Notes: generated from the letters alone by a model not told the origin. A stretch of DNA of 64,000 nt from Patescibacteria group bacterium (GCA_038065255.1 JBBTRI010000006.1:73240-137239), one strand, 5' to 3'. Positions 25,524-35,194 are shown, numbered from the stretch's first letter. Made by a program: numbers and translations.

Positions 25524-26400
25524 TACTTCGCGCATTCTTATTACCGGTGCTTCAGGGCAGCTCGGAAGGGCGTTTAGCGTGCTTCTTGGCGATGCCATGT
25601 TCACCTCGCGCCTTGAACTCGATTGTTCATGGGATACTTGCAAAATTATCTCGGCACTCGAAGTTCTTCAGCCTGCTGCAATTCTTCACACTGCTGCGTA
25701 TACCAATGTTGATGGCGCAGAATCTGACCCCGCAATGGCACTGAGAGTAAACGGATACGCAACGGGAGCATTGGTGGAGTATTGCCGCTCAACTGGCATT
25801 CCGATCGTGTATTTTTCCACCGATTATGTTTTGAATTCCAAGTCGATTGAGGGGCATACCGAGAGCGAAGTTCCAAATCCTCAATCTGTGTACGGAGTAT
25901 CGAAATATGTGGGGGAATTGTATGTGGGAACCTATTCAAGAGGAACAACTATTCGCTTGAGTGGCGTATTTGGGGAAGGAGCTAATTTTGTCAACACACT
26001 ACTGCGACTTTCTGAATCGCTCAACATCATACCCGTGGTATGCGATCAGGTGATGCGACCTACCTATGCGCCGGATGCAGTACAGGCAACACTGCAGCTT
26101 CTTGAACAGCATTGGAGTAATGGAGAATGGCGTCTGCCGCCAATAATTCATATGCAAAACAGCGGACCTGCTGAGAGCTGGGCGCAGTATGCGCAGCAAA
26201 TCTTTTTTCTTGCAGGAAAAAAAACGCGTGTGCAGGAGATCATGTTTGAGCACTATGCGAAAAACAGACTTCCAAAGAAAACTGCCCCACGCCCCTCGGA
26301 TTCGATACTTGATTGCACACTCCTCGAGAGTCTTGGTGTAGATATGTCAAACTGGACAGAATCACTCAAGTCTTTCGTCGAAAATCGTCCCCGAACATGA
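25516..26400 (+). CDS. rmlD: dTDP-4-dehydrorhamnose reductase (RmlD)
   Basis: ILITGASGQLGRAF Rossmann, YGVSKYVGE (YxxxK); start ATG 25516 overlaps rmlC stop by 8 nt (ORF-track GTG 25465 extension rejected). Confidence 0.75.
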   Translation: MIDTSRILITGASGQLGRAFSVLLGDAMFTSRLELDCSWDTCKIISALEVLQPAAILHTAAYTNVDGAESDPAMALRVNGYATGALVEYCRSTGIPIVYFSTDYVLNSKSIEGHTESEVPNPQSVYGVSKYVGELYVGTYSRGTTIRLSGVFGEGANFVNTLLRLSESLNIIPVVCDQVMRPTYAPDAVQATLQLLEQHWSNGEWRLPPIIHMQNSGPAESWAQYAQQIFFLAGKKTRVQEIMFEHYAKNRLPKKTAPRPSDSILDCTLLESLGVDMSNWTESLKSFVENRPRT

Positions 26401-26416
26401 ACGGGGATATTTTTTT
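26388..26416 (+). terminator. Rho-independent terminator (CCCCG-loop-CGGGG + T9)
   Basis: Hairpin spanning rmlD stop followed by TTTTTTTTT 26407-26415. Confidence 0.5.
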
Positions 26417-26434
26417 TGTGATATAGTATGAGAT

Positions 26435-26701
26435 ATGAAGATCTGCTTCAAAGAACGAGTACTTACTGTTGTGCGCGGCATCACACCGGGCCATGTCATG
26501 ACCTATCAACACGTTGCGCAACGTGCGGGTAGTTCCCGGGCAGCCCGCGCCGTTGGGACGATCATGCGTGGCAATCATGATGAAAGTGTGCCGTGCCATC
26601 GTGTTATTCGATCGGATGGAACACTTGGCGGGTATAACGGCGGAGGAACAGAAAAGAAAAAAGAACTCTTAAAACGAGAAGGCTATTATTCGCATGTATG
26701 A
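26435..26701 (+). CDS. MGMT-family protein: methylated-DNA-[protein]-cysteine S-methyltransferase DNA-binding/active-site domain only
   Basis: 88 aa; VPCHRVI active-site motif (PCHR) with Cys retained, preceded by HTH-like helix; no N-terminal Ada/Ogt domain. Confidence 0.75.
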   Translation: MKICFKERVLTVVRGITPGHVMTYQHVAQRAGSSRAARAVGTIMRGNHDESVPCHRVIRSDGTLGGYNGGGTEKKKELLKREGYYSHV

Positions 26702-27615
26702 TTTCCTATAGGTATAGAAATATTAAAGATGAAGGTTTGCGGACACTCAAAGAATTTAAAATTGGTTCTTGGGTTAATGTTGAGAATCCATCCTTACAAG
26801 AAATTACAGCGCTTTCAAAACTCCTCGGACTTGAAGAAAGTTTGATTCATGATGCGCTTGATGTGTATGAAGCGCCACGCATTGAGGTGGAGCGGGGGAT
26901 TGTCTATGTGTTTACGCGGTATCCTGTTGTTGATACGACAAACACAGTAACGCTGCCGATTCTTATTGTTATCGGAGAACAGTTTTTCCTCACAGTCTGT
27001 ACGCAGGAGTGTTCGCTATTGGCACAGACTCGCGAAATGAAAAATGTGTTTTCAACGCAAAAAACAAAATTATTTTTACAAGTATTTTCTCAAATTACGA
27101 GTGCGTATACGACATACCTTCACCAGATGAACAAGAACATTCGTATGTCTATGCTCAAGCTCGAACGTATTACCAATAACGATATTGTTGAATTTGTCCG
27201 CTATGAAGGGATTTTAAGCGATTTTTTGTATTCTATGGAGCAGACGCATACCGTTCTCAAAAATGTGCTTTCCGGAAAGTTTCTGCCTCTCTATGACCAG
27301 GATGAGGATTTGGCGGAAGACATTGTGCTGAATTATGGGCAGCTCATGGAAATGTGCCGGTCGAATCTGAGAACAATCGCCAATATCCGTGCGGCGTATT
27401 CCACTATTACGACCAATACATTGAATCGCACCATGAAGCTTCTTACTTCACTTACGATACTTGTTACGATCCCGACAATGATTTCGAGTCTGTATGGCAT
27501 GAATGTGGCGCTGCCGGGAAGCGGCTCGTCAGTAGCATTTTATTGGATTATCGGATTCATCGTCGGCAGTGCCGGCGTTGTTACGCTTGTTTTCATGAAA
27601 AATAAATGGCTATGA
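26698..27615 (+). CDS. corA: CorA-family Mg2+/Co2+ transporter
   Basis: YGMNV (GMN motif) immediately before two C-terminal TM helices; ATGA overlap with upstream gene. Confidence 0.85.
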   Translation: MISYRYRNIKDEGLRTLKEFKIGSWVNVENPSLQEITALSKLLGLEESLIHDALDVYEAPRIEVERGIVYVFTRYPVVDTTNTVTLPILIVIGEQFFLTVCTQECSLLAQTREMKNVFSTQKTKLFLQVFSQITSAYTTYLHQMNKNIRMSMLKLERITNNDIVEFVRYEGILSDFLYSMEQTHTVLKNVLSGKFLPLYDQDEDLAEDIVLNYGQLMEMCRSNLRTIANIRAAYSTITTNTLNRTMKLLTSLTILVTIPTMISSLYGMNVALPGSGSSVAFYWIIGFIVGSAGVVTLVFMKNKWL

Positions 27616-28061
27616 GCTTACCAAAGGAACATTCATATGGTGTTGTTGCTGTGAAAATTGTGGCAGGCTGCGCGCAGTATCTTGTTGTGTTCCATCGAAG
27701 CGGACACTGGGGATTGCCCAAGGGACACATGCAAGAGGGCGAAACTGAAGTTCAAACGGCACTGAGAGAATTACAAGAAGAAGGAGGCGTAAGCGTATGC
27801 GATATTCTGCCGGGCGTATCGTTCAATGAACAGTATCACTGCACCTATGGCGGTATTGAATATGATAAAACCGTTACCTATTTTCTTGGAATAGTGCGCC
27901 ACGAGATGGAAGAATATACGGATCCGGATGGTGACATTATTGAGCGCGCATGGCTTGCCTATGAAGATGCTTTGGAACGATTGACATACTCGCAAAAAAA
28001 AGAAATACTCATCGAGGCGAATGACTATCTTACCCTACACTCGCAGTGTTATAAAACATAA
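27606..28061 (+). CDS. NUDIX hydrolase
   Basis: Nudix box GHWGLPKGHMQEGETEVQTALRELQEEGGV (GX5EX7REUXEEXGU); start overlaps corA end by 10 nt. Confidence 0.85.
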   Translation: MAMSLPKEHSYGVVAVKIVAGCAQYLVVFHRSGHWGLPKGHMQEGETEVQTALRELQEEGGVSVCDILPGVSFNEQYHCTYGGIEYDKTVTYFLGIVRHEMEEYTDPDGDIIERAWLAYEDALERLTYSQKKEILIEANDYLTLHSQCYKT

Positions 28062-28201
28062 AACTCTTCGCTCCAGGTATCCATCTGTCGGGGCCGCAAT
28101 GTTCTTGCTAGATACATTGCTTAGATTCCTCGCCGCCACTCGTCAAAAACTCCTCCAGACGAACACCTGGGCGGAGTTTCATGTTCTAATTCGACAATAG
28201 T

Positions 28202-29206
28202 ATGCAAAAACTACGTCCGACCGTAAAGCGCGATTTAAGCCTTTTTTCTATTGAAGCATGGGAGAAGGGGTATCGGAAGTATTTACCAGATACTCTCGGT
28301 TGGGATTATCCGATTATTTTTCATTACGATGGGACAAGGGTGCACTTTTATCATACCGAGCAGGACTTTTCTCATTTTAAACACAGCATCACACAACGTC
28401 TTATAAATGACGATGCGCTTTTTGAGAAGCTCAATGAACAATTTAAAAAAAACATTTTCACACTTCGCGAGTTTTTGCATACTATCAGTGGCGAAAATCT
28501 ACAAGAAATTTCTGATCTCATAGGAACAATCATGGCGTTTTATATATTTGTTGTGAGTGATGCATTCGTTGCCACGCGCGCGAGCGCATGGGAGTCACGT
28601 ACGTTATCCGAGGGCATCCTGTATGATCTTGACGAGCATGTTGAACGGCATATGAAGCAAAGATTACGAGAAAAATGTTTTGGTGAAAGCGTATCACATG
28701 TCCTTCGCTTGTCGGACTATGAAGCTCTGATGAATGGCGAACAAAAAATTCTCGATAATATTTCACACCGTCTTGGCGGATATATTATACGTGATTCTGT
28801 ATTGAGCACCGATATTACATTTGAAACATTTTGCAGTAGGAGTGGATATGTTCTTCCAGAAATTGTAGTGAAAGCACCAGATTCGACTGAGCTTCGCGGC
28901 ACTGTGGCGTATCAGGGCACTGCAAGGGGTCGGGTGAAAATAGTCCACCGAAAAGAAGACCTTGCAACCATTAAAGAAGGAGATATTTTAGTTGCATGCA
29001 TGACAAATGCAACATATATTTTTGGTATGAAAATGGCCGGGGCGATTGTTACTGACGAAGGCGGTATCACCTGTCATGCTGCAATTATGGCGCGCGAGCT
29101 TGGCAAGCCGTGCATTACCGGAACACGAGAAGCAACCAAGAGATTAAAAGATGGCGATAGTGTAGTAGTGGACGCCTATCAAGGAATTGTGAAGATATGT
29201 AGTTGA
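28202..29206 (+). CDS. PEP-utilising-enzyme mobile (swivel phosphohistidine) domain protein with unknown N-terminal domain
   Basis: C-terminal GGITCHAAIMARELGKPCITG matches PEP-utilisers phosphohistidine motif (GG.TSHAAI.ARE.G.P.V.G) with Cys replacing Ser; N-terminal ~230 aa unassigned. Confidence 0.6.
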   Translation: MQKLRPTVKRDLSLFSIEAWEKGYRKYLPDTLGWDYPIIFHYDGTRVHFYHTEQDFSHFKHSITQRLINDDALFEKLNEQFKKNIFTLREFLHTISGENLQEISDLIGTIMAFYIFVVSDAFVATRASAWESRTLSEGILYDLDEHVERHMKQRLREKCFGESVSHVLRLSDYEALMNGEQKILDNISHRLGGYIIRDSVLSTDITFETFCSRSGYVLPEIVVKAPDSTELRGTVAYQGTARGRVKIVHRKEDLATIKEGDILVACMTNATYIFGMKMAGAIVTDEGGITCHAAIMARELGKPCITGTREATKRLKDGDSVVVDAYQGIVKICS

Positions 29207-29237
29207 CAATAGTGCGTACTCTGCGTATGATTTTCTG

Positions 29238-29825
29238 GTGACAGAACGTTCCTTGCCACAATTCATTACGTTTTCCGGCCCTTCCGGATCAGGTAAGTCT
29301 GCAACTGCACGGCATCTTATCACTGTTTGTCAAAGGATTGAACTTGCGCGTGGATACACAACGCGTATGCCACGCGAATATGAACGTAAACGGCCATTCA
29401 AGTACCGTGAATACCACCATGTTTCCCTTGAGAAATTTAATGAGCTGGAGCAGAGTGGCAAACTTGAGTGGAGTATCACATTGGAAAGCGGGCGCTATGC
29501 AACACCTCGAACGCTTTTTGAGAGAAACCGAGATACAACCCTTCTCTTTCTTGTTACTCCCGATGTTGTGCCTCGCATTCGCGACCTTTCAAAAGGACCC
29601 GTTGTATCATTCTACTTCTTTCCGCCACCAATGGAAGAAATAATACGGAGAATGAAAGCGCGCAGAGATACTGAAGATGAAATTGCCAAGCGAGTCGTCG
29701 ACAGCAGGTCTTCATCGTGGATCAGCCCCCTCAAAGATAGCAGCATTCAATGGGTGCCTATTATTACCGAGGATAGGTCGGTCGAGCAGACGATTCAAAT
29801 GATCAGAGACCACCTGGGAATATAA
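29238..29825 (+). CDS. Guanylate kinase-like P-loop kinase, divergent paralog
   Basis: GTG start; FSGPSGSGKS Walker A, TTRMPREYE (TTR.PR) NMP-binding region but GNxYGT replaced by ESGRYATP. Confidence 0.6.
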   Translation: MTERSLPQFITFSGPSGSGKSATARHLITVCQRIELARGYTTRMPREYERKRPFKYREYHHVSLEKFNELEQSGKLEWSITLESGRYATPRTLFERNRDTTLLFLVTPDVVPRIRDLSKGPVVSFYFFPPPMEEIIRRMKARRDTEDEIAKRVVDSRSSSWISPLKDSSIQWVPIITEDRSVEQTIQMIRDHLGI

Positions 29826-30079
29826 TGGAAGAGTGCTCCACATGCCAACATGCAATCTTATCTCAGGACGATTTTGGTTCAATTTTGAATCACGAACTTC
29901 ACTGCCCTGTGCGCCGCGGCGCTGATAGGCAACACCTAGACGGATTTAATGCGGGGTATATGGATCGGCTTAGAGAGCGGCATGTAGCGCAAGAACATCC
30001 AGTATATGAACTTGGCTGGCAGCAAGCAGACAGGTATTTGGCGCGCCTTGCTTTGGAACAACCATTTAAGCCATCATAA
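29825..30079 (+). CDS. Small hypothetical protein (84 aa, Cys/His-containing)
   Basis: ATG overlaps upstream TAA (TAATGG); ORF ends 4 nt before terminator 30084-30107. Confidence 0.4.
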   Translation: MEECSTCQHAILSQDDFGSILNHELHCPVRRGADRQHLDGFNAGYMDRLRERHVAQEHPVYELGWQQADRYLARLALEQPFKPS

Positions 30080-30083
30080 TTAT

Positions 30084-30107
30084 GTCCCACTCATAGGGAC
30101 TTTTTTT
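30084..30107 (+). terminator. Rho-independent terminator (GTCCC-loop-GGGAC + T7)
   Basis: Stem 30084-30088/30096-30100, T-run 30101-30107; followed by TTGACA 30114-30119. Confidence 0.6.
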
Positions 30108-30144
30108 ATACGTTTTGACAGAGAGGCGTTTCTAATGATAGATT

Positions 30145-30747
30145 ATGGTAACGAGTATGGTTCATAAATATACGGCAATAAAACTTATTACGTTTACCGG
30201 GGCATCGGGAGTGGGTAAGACTGTCATTGCCCGTACGCTTCTTGAGCGGTTTCCGCTGTTTGGATGGCTGGAAAGCATTACAACCAGAGAAATCCGGCCG
30301 ACGAATTTTCCAGACGAATATGTCCATGTGTCGCAGGGGGAATTTCTCCAGTGGGTTTCGGAAGAAAAATTTGTAGAATGGGTGCAGGTACACGGGAATG
30401 ATTATTACGGTACACTGAAAGGATCACTTGATCGAGTACTTACAGATCCCAAGCGCATTTATTTAAAAACTATCGATCCTGTCGGTTTGGCAAAAATCCA
30501 TGCCTATGCCCCGTCGGCATTGCTGCCTTTCTATGTTCTTGCCCCATCGGAAGACATCCTGCGGCAACGGCTAAGCGACCGAGGGGAGAGCGAAGAGACT
30601 GTTCAGAGGCGCTTGCATGATTGCGAGCGCTGGGATGCTGATGCGCGCCAATCAAAAATCCCGTATGTTTTTATTCAAAATGAAAAAACAATCGAAGATG
30701 TCATCGAGCATATTATTGATTTTTTGAGCGGGCGCGGTGTGATATAA
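30145..30747 (+). CDS. gmk: Guanylate kinase (canonical-looking paralog)
   Basis: FTGASGVGKT Walker A, ITTREIRP, EYVHVSQGEF, EWVQVHGNDYYGT (GN.YGT) typical of Gmk. Confidence 0.6.
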   Translation: MVTSMVHKYTAIKLITFTGASGVGKTVIARTLLERFPLFGWLESITTREIRPTNFPDEYVHVSQGEFLQWVSEEKFVEWVQVHGNDYYGTLKGSLDRVLTDPKRIYLKTIDPVGLAKIHAYAPSALLPFYVLAPSEDILRQRLSDRGESEETVQRRLHDCERWDADARQSKIPYVFIQNEKTIEDVIEHIIDFLSGRGVI

Positions 30748-30757
30748 TAGTATAGAT

Positions 30758-31483
30758 ATGGATCAATCTCAGCAGCAACAATCATCATTTAAGTCATTAT
30801 TCGTTTTTCTTATTGCAACCCTTGTTATTATTGGCATTGGGTATGGAGGGTATACTGTGTTTCTACGAAAGAACGATCGTAGCGGCATTCCTGGCGCAAA
30901 CAAGGAACAGCCTGCGAATACTCAAATAGTAAAACAAGAAACCCCTTCAATAAAAGTCATACAAAAGAAGCAGGATGAGAAAAATCAAAAAATTCAGCAA
31001 CAGAATGCCTTACCGGAGGAAGAGCAAGAAATTCCTGTGATCCCCCAGCCGATATTGAATCCGGAACGAGCGACAACGCCATCTCCAGTGCGGGGTGCTT
31101 CTGTTCCGACGCCAACACTGTATCCCATGACTATCAAAGCAACAGCCATATCTGTTGAGCTTGCTGAAACGCGTGATCAGCAGGAGCATGGCCTGGGCGG
31201 GCGCACGGGTCTTGCGGAGGATCGGGGCTTACTGTATATACTTCGAAAACCGGATTTTTATACATTCTGGATGAAGGATATGAAATTTCCCATTGATATC
31301 ATTTGGATTGATAAGGATCAAAAAGTCATTGATATTTCCCATAGCCTTACGCCCGATACATATCCTAGGATTTTCCAGCCGGTCCACCCGGCGCAGATCA
31401 TTCTCGAAGTCGCTTCGGGTTTTGCAAAAAAACACGACATTAAGATCGGCGACCCGGTATCCGTCCCCAAAATTCAACAATAG
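30758..31483 (+). CDS. DUF192 (COG1430) family protein, membrane-anchored
   Basis: N-terminal TM helix, Pro/Gln-rich linker, C-terminal GLGGR...FWMKDMKFPIDIIWID...AQIILEV...GD DUF192 signature. Confidence 0.75.
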   Translation: MDQSQQQQSSFKSLFVFLIATLVIIGIGYGGYTVFLRKNDRSGIPGANKEQPANTQIVKQETPSIKVIQKKQDEKNQKIQQQNALPEEEQEIPVIPQPILNPERATTPSPVRGASVPTPTLYPMTIKATAISVELAETRDQQEHGLGGRTGLAEDRGLLYILRKPDFYTFWMKDMKFPIDIIWIDKDQKVIDISHSLTPDTYPRIFQPVHPAQIILEVASGFAKKHDIKIGDPVSVPKIQQ

Positions 31484-31486
31484 AGT

Positions 31487-31816
31487 ATGACATTTGAAGA
31501 ATACCAGCGCGAATCACAGAAAACCGCAACGTATCCTGTTATTGGATTGCCGTTTGTCTATCCGACACTCGGGTTGGCAGGGGAGACCGGAGAAGTGGTG
31601 GAAAAAGTCAAAAAAATCTTTCGCGACAACAACAGCACCATCACCGAAGAGCAGACACAGGAACTAGTTAAAGAAATGGGTGATGTGCTTTGGTATTTGA
31701 CACAGCTTGCAACAACACTTGGTGTCTCTCTTGAAGATGTTGCGCGCATGAATATGGAAAAACTTCGTTCGCGCCTTGAACGTGACGCACTCCATGGAGA
31801 CGGCGACAACCGTTGA
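31487..31816 (+). CDS. MazG-like nucleoside triphosphate pyrophosphohydrolase domain protein
   Basis: LGLAGETGEVVEKVKK and EMGDVLWYLTQLA EExxE/D metal-binding helices of MazG/all-alpha NTP-PPase; 109 aa. Confidence 0.8.
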   Translation: MTFEEYQRESQKTATYPVIGLPFVYPTLGLAGETGEVVEKVKKIFRDNNSTITEEQTQELVKEMGDVLWYLTQLATTLGVSLEDVARMNMEKLRSRLERDALHGDGDNR

Positions 31817-31833
31817 CTGCAAAAAAAGACCGC

Positions 31834-31860
31834 ACGCATTGTTGGCATGCGGCGGTTCAG
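31834..31860 (-). terminator. Minus-strand rho-independent terminator (CCGCATGC-loop-GCGTGCGG then U7 in minus-strand RNA)
   Basis: A7 run 31827-31833 on + strand adjacent to GC-rich imperfect palindrome; lies just 3' of minus gene 31857..32405. Confidence 0.45.
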
Positions 31861-32405
31861 GGTACGCGGCGGCTGTCTTTGACAGCTTGCGCAGGTATGG
31901 AAAGTAAGGCAATGAGTCGATTGGTGCTTGCGCCCGGCAGGGAATAAATTGCCGGATCGTCCTGGAGCACATCCGACCAGCCTGCAAGCGCCAGGCGAGC
32001 TGTTTCATCGCGCGCAAAAAGCATTGTCTCTGCCACCTTGTTGGCAACTTTTTTTTGTGGGCGCACTGCGACAAGCTGGTCGATTTCCAGTTTGACATCG
32101 GGCAGTGCTGACTGGAGATGTGCAACAAGCTTGGAAATAACCGGGGGAAGCTCAACAACGAATTCCTCGATTGGATAGCTGTTCCAGTGGGCAGTTTTTG
32201 CACAAAACCCCAAGCTTTTTTGATAGAGTTTTTCAAAAAATGCTAGATCAGGATCGATGTGTCGTTCACCGCCAGCAATGCGGCACAGGATATCCATTTT
32301 TCGATTTACAGCTTCAACATCAGGAGGAATAATGCCGATTGTACGGAGGCGATTTCGTAAATCTGTTTTATGAGGTCTCTCTCGCGCCTTACTCATTGTC
32401 CTCAC
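31857..32405 (-). CDS. Hypothetical protein (182 aa)
   Basis: Only minus-strand ORF in region, bounded by its own terminator and divergent promoter region; no motif recognised. Confidence 0.5.
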   Translation of the reverse strand: MRTMSKARERPHKTDLRNRLRTIGIIPPDVEAVNRKMDILCRIAGGERHIDPDLAFFEKLYQKSLGFCAKTAHWNSYPIEEFVVELPPVISKLVAHLQSALPDVKLEIDQLVAVRPQKKVANKVAETMLFARDETARLALAGWSDVLQDDPAIYSLPGASTNRLIALLSIPAQAVKDSRRVP

Positions 32406-32469
32406 ATGAAAGGTTCATATAGATATCCTATCTTATCCAGCTCTAAATACAAGAAATGGGTCAAGGGGG

Positions 32470-33228
32470 TTGACAAAAAGCTTATACTATTCAATACTTG
32501 CAGAACACAGTGTTAAAATGAACCTTGAATTGTTTCATTACACTAGCGGTATTATTGGTGGGGCAGTAACGCTTCTTGGATTCATGTTCTATTGCTGGTA
32601 TTTGCTGACCGTGAGCCATGCCCGCCCGGCGCGCGTAGGTTGGATCATCTGGTCGATTGTCACCTTCCTTACCATGATCTTTCATGCATCGGCAAATAAT
32701 GCGGCATTCGATCCCTTTTCGTTCATTTCACAATTACCCACACTAACAACGCATACGCCGACCATGTTTTTCGCCATCGGTAATTTTGTTGGATGTACGG
32801 CTGTTGCGCTCCTAGCATTATGGAGGGGCAAGGGCGGATGGACAAGTATCGATAAGTTCTCGCTTGTAGGCGCGATTGTAAGTATTTTCCTTTGGCTTAT
32901 AAGCGGTTCAGGACTCCTAGCGCTTATCGTCAGTCTGTGCGCAGATTTCTGCGGTGCGATTCCCACTATCGAGCATGCTTCATGCGAACCGGGAGGAGAA
33001 TCAAGGCTGGCATGGGGCACTTTTGCAGTGGGAACAATCATTACAGGGGGGGGTATCGGTGCATTGACAATTGAAGAATGTGCCTTTCCGATGTACTTCC
33101 TATTTATAGACTGCTTCATAGTCTTTATCGTTCTTTTCCCCAACAGCAGACTAACACTCTGGACACGGAATAAGTATGAACAGTTCAAAAACTGGCATGA
33201 GCGAACATTTACTCCTCAGCCATTATGA
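32470..33228 (+). CDS. Integral membrane protein (multi-pass), unknown function
   Basis: Hydrophobic helices throughout; alternative start MNLELF at 32518; followed by terminator GATGTC-ttcg-GACATC + T-run (33229-33256). Confidence 0.55.
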   Translation: MTKSLYYSILAEHSVKMNLELFHYTSGIIGGAVTLLGFMFYCWYLLTVSHARPARVGWIIWSIVTFLTMIFHASANNAAFDPFSFISQLPTLTTHTPTMFFAIGNFVGCTAVALLALWRGKGGWTSIDKFSLVGAIVSIFLWLISGSGLLALIVSLCADFCGAIPTIEHASCEPGGESRLAWGTFAVGTIITGGGIGALTIEECAFPMYFLFIDCFIVFIVLFPNSRLTLWTRNKYEQFKNWHERTFTPQPL

Positions 33229-33279
33229 TGTCTTCGGACATCTTTTCTTTTTTATAATTACAAATATAATAAGAAGCAT

Positions 33280-34086
33280 ATGTGCCGACTTTTTGCATGT
33301 GCAGGACAGCTTTCCGAACAGGAGACAATCGCATCTCTGAAGGCTTTTCGCCGTATCGCTAAACTCGGTGTCATTCCTCCTGTGCCGAATATCAAGAGGG
33401 GACATACCGAGGGGTGGGGTTTGGTTGCCTACAAAAATGGCGAGATAGTGTATGAAAAAAAACGGAAAGCAGTTGCGTTTCGCGATCCGGAGTTTTTGTA
33501 TTCATTGCCGCGCTTGGGCAAACGCCTTCCTGATACTATCATCGCCCATGTGCGCAAAATGACGTATGGCATGGTTGCCTCTCGCAATAACCACCCGTTT
33601 GTATTTGGCCCCTACTCATTTGCACATAATGGGTCGGTTGACGGCACGGAAAGCATCCCGTTGAAGTCGTATTTTAAAGACAACATCAAAGGCACCACTG
33701 ATACGGAACGGTTTTTTTCCTACTTTCTTCAGTTGCTCTACGCACGCCCCAAGTGTACAACGGCTGATGTACAGGCATGTTTTAAAAAGCTTATAGAGTA
33801 TATCCACAAGCACCACTCGTATACGGCAATCAATATTGTATTGTCGAATAGTACGCATGTTTGGGCGTATCGGGATTATAACCCCGAAAATGAACTGGTG
33901 AAAAAATATAATCTCGGATCATATTTTACCCTCTACTATGCTTTACGAAGAAAAAAAACACTCTTTGTATCATCGGAAAAAATGGTTTTGCCTGGAGTAA
34001 AATGGCACCTATTGGAAAATAAACACGGGATTGAGTTCAATATCAAGACTCATGCGGTGAAGGCATTCGATTGGACATCATCATAG
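33280..34086 (+). CDS. Class II (Ntn) glutamine amidotransferase, YafJ-type
   Basis: MCRLFA N-terminal nucleophile Cys directly after Met; HTEGWGL, NHPF, HNGS segments of GATase_4/YafJ family. Confidence 0.7.
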   Translation: MCRLFACAGQLSEQETIASLKAFRRIAKLGVIPPVPNIKRGHTEGWGLVAYKNGEIVYEKKRKAVAFRDPEFLYSLPRLGKRLPDTIIAHVRKMTYGMVASRNNHPFVFGPYSFAHNGSVDGTESIPLKSYFKDNIKGTTDTERFFSYFLQLLYARPKCTTADVQACFKKLIEYIHKHHSYTAINIVLSNSTHVWAYRDYNPENELVKKYNLGSYFTLYYALRRKKTLFVSSEKMVLPGVKWHLLENKHGIEFNIKTHAVKAFDWTSS

Positions 34087-34138
34087 AAAAGTGGTATACT
34101 AGTAGTGAACGAAAGTAAACTTTCAAAAGGTTTTATTT

Positions 34139-35194
34139 ATGAATATGAAAACGAAAACAATAGTGTCCCTCTGTGTTTTGACTGCATTTGTTGGGACCGT
34201 AGGGCTTCTCCAGGTTCCATCGATAAGCGCAAGCAATGCAAAAAAACAAGCGATTCCAAAAACAGCTCCAAAGCAATCATCTGATGATCGGTTGGGCAGG
34301 CTCGAACAGCAGGTCGCTCTTCTGAACGAAAAACTTTCCCTTGCTCTGGAAAAGATAAAACTTCTTGAACTCACGCGGCCTGCGTCTGATGAAGCGCTTG
34401 GCAAACAACTCCTGGAAACAGAAAAAAAGCTCCAAGAACTCCAGTTTGGAGGTGCAGTGCGCGGCGTGCAAAAGTCGAGAGACGAACAACTGACAGAAGC
34501 TGTTGCAAAAGCAAGCCCTGCCGTGGTATCGATTGTCATTTCCAAAGACGTACCGCAGCTTGAGGTTGTGTACAGCAATCCGTTTGGCAATGACCCGTTT
34601 TTTAAAGATTTTAATATTCGAGTCCCCAGTTATCGACAAAAGGGAGTGAAACGCCAGAAGGTGGGAGCGGGGACTGGGTTTGTTGTTACTTCAAGCGGTT
34701 ATATTCTCACCAATAAGCACGTCGTTCTTGATGAGCAAGCGAGCTATACTGTTTTGCTGAATGACGGATCGCAAAAGGCCGGGAAAGTGGTCTATCGCGA
34801 TTCTGCTATGGATATCGCCCTTCTCAAGATCGAAGGCGCATCATATAAACATGTGGCATTGGGAAATTCGGATGTTCTCAAGCTCGGCCAGTCAGTCATT
34901 GCTATTGGTAATGCGCTTGGTGAGTATAATAATTCCGTATCGGTTGGTATTATCTCCGGACTCAACCGCAATCTCCAAGCCGGAGGAGGAGGTTTTGTCG
35001 AGCAGCTTAAAGGGGTCATTCAGACAGATGCGGCAATCAATCCCGGCAATTCAGGTGGGCCGCTGTTGGATATCAATGGGACCGTTATCGGAGTGAATGT
35101 GGCAACCGTTCAGGGTTCGAGTAATATCAGTTTTTCCATTCCGATTAATAAAGTCAAGGAAATTACGCATAGCTTTTTCGGGAAGGATCTCTAG
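34139..35194 (+). CDS. Trypsin-like serine protease, HtrA/DegP (S1C) family without PDZ domain
   Basis: Signal peptide, catalytic triad contexts (TNKHVV His, DIALLKI Asp, GNSGGPL Ser); extended -10 TGgTATACT upstream at ~34095. Confidence 0.85.
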   Translation: MNMKTKTIVSLCVLTAFVGTVGLLQVPSISASNAKKQAIPKTAPKQSSDDRLGRLEQQVALLNEKLSLALEKIKLLELTRPASDEALGKQLLETEKKLQELQFGGAVRGVQKSRDEQLTEAVAKASPAVVSIVISKDVPQLEVVYSNPFGNDPFFKDFNIRVPSYRQKGVKRQKVGAGTGFVVTSSGYILTNKHVVLDEQASYTVLLNDGSQKAGKVVYRDSAMDIALLKIEGASYKHVALGNSDVLKLGQSVIAIGNALGEYNNSVSVGIISGLNRNLQAGGGGFVEQLKGVIQTDAAINPGNSGGPLLDINGTVIGVNVATVQGSSNISFSIPINKVKEITHSFFGKDL

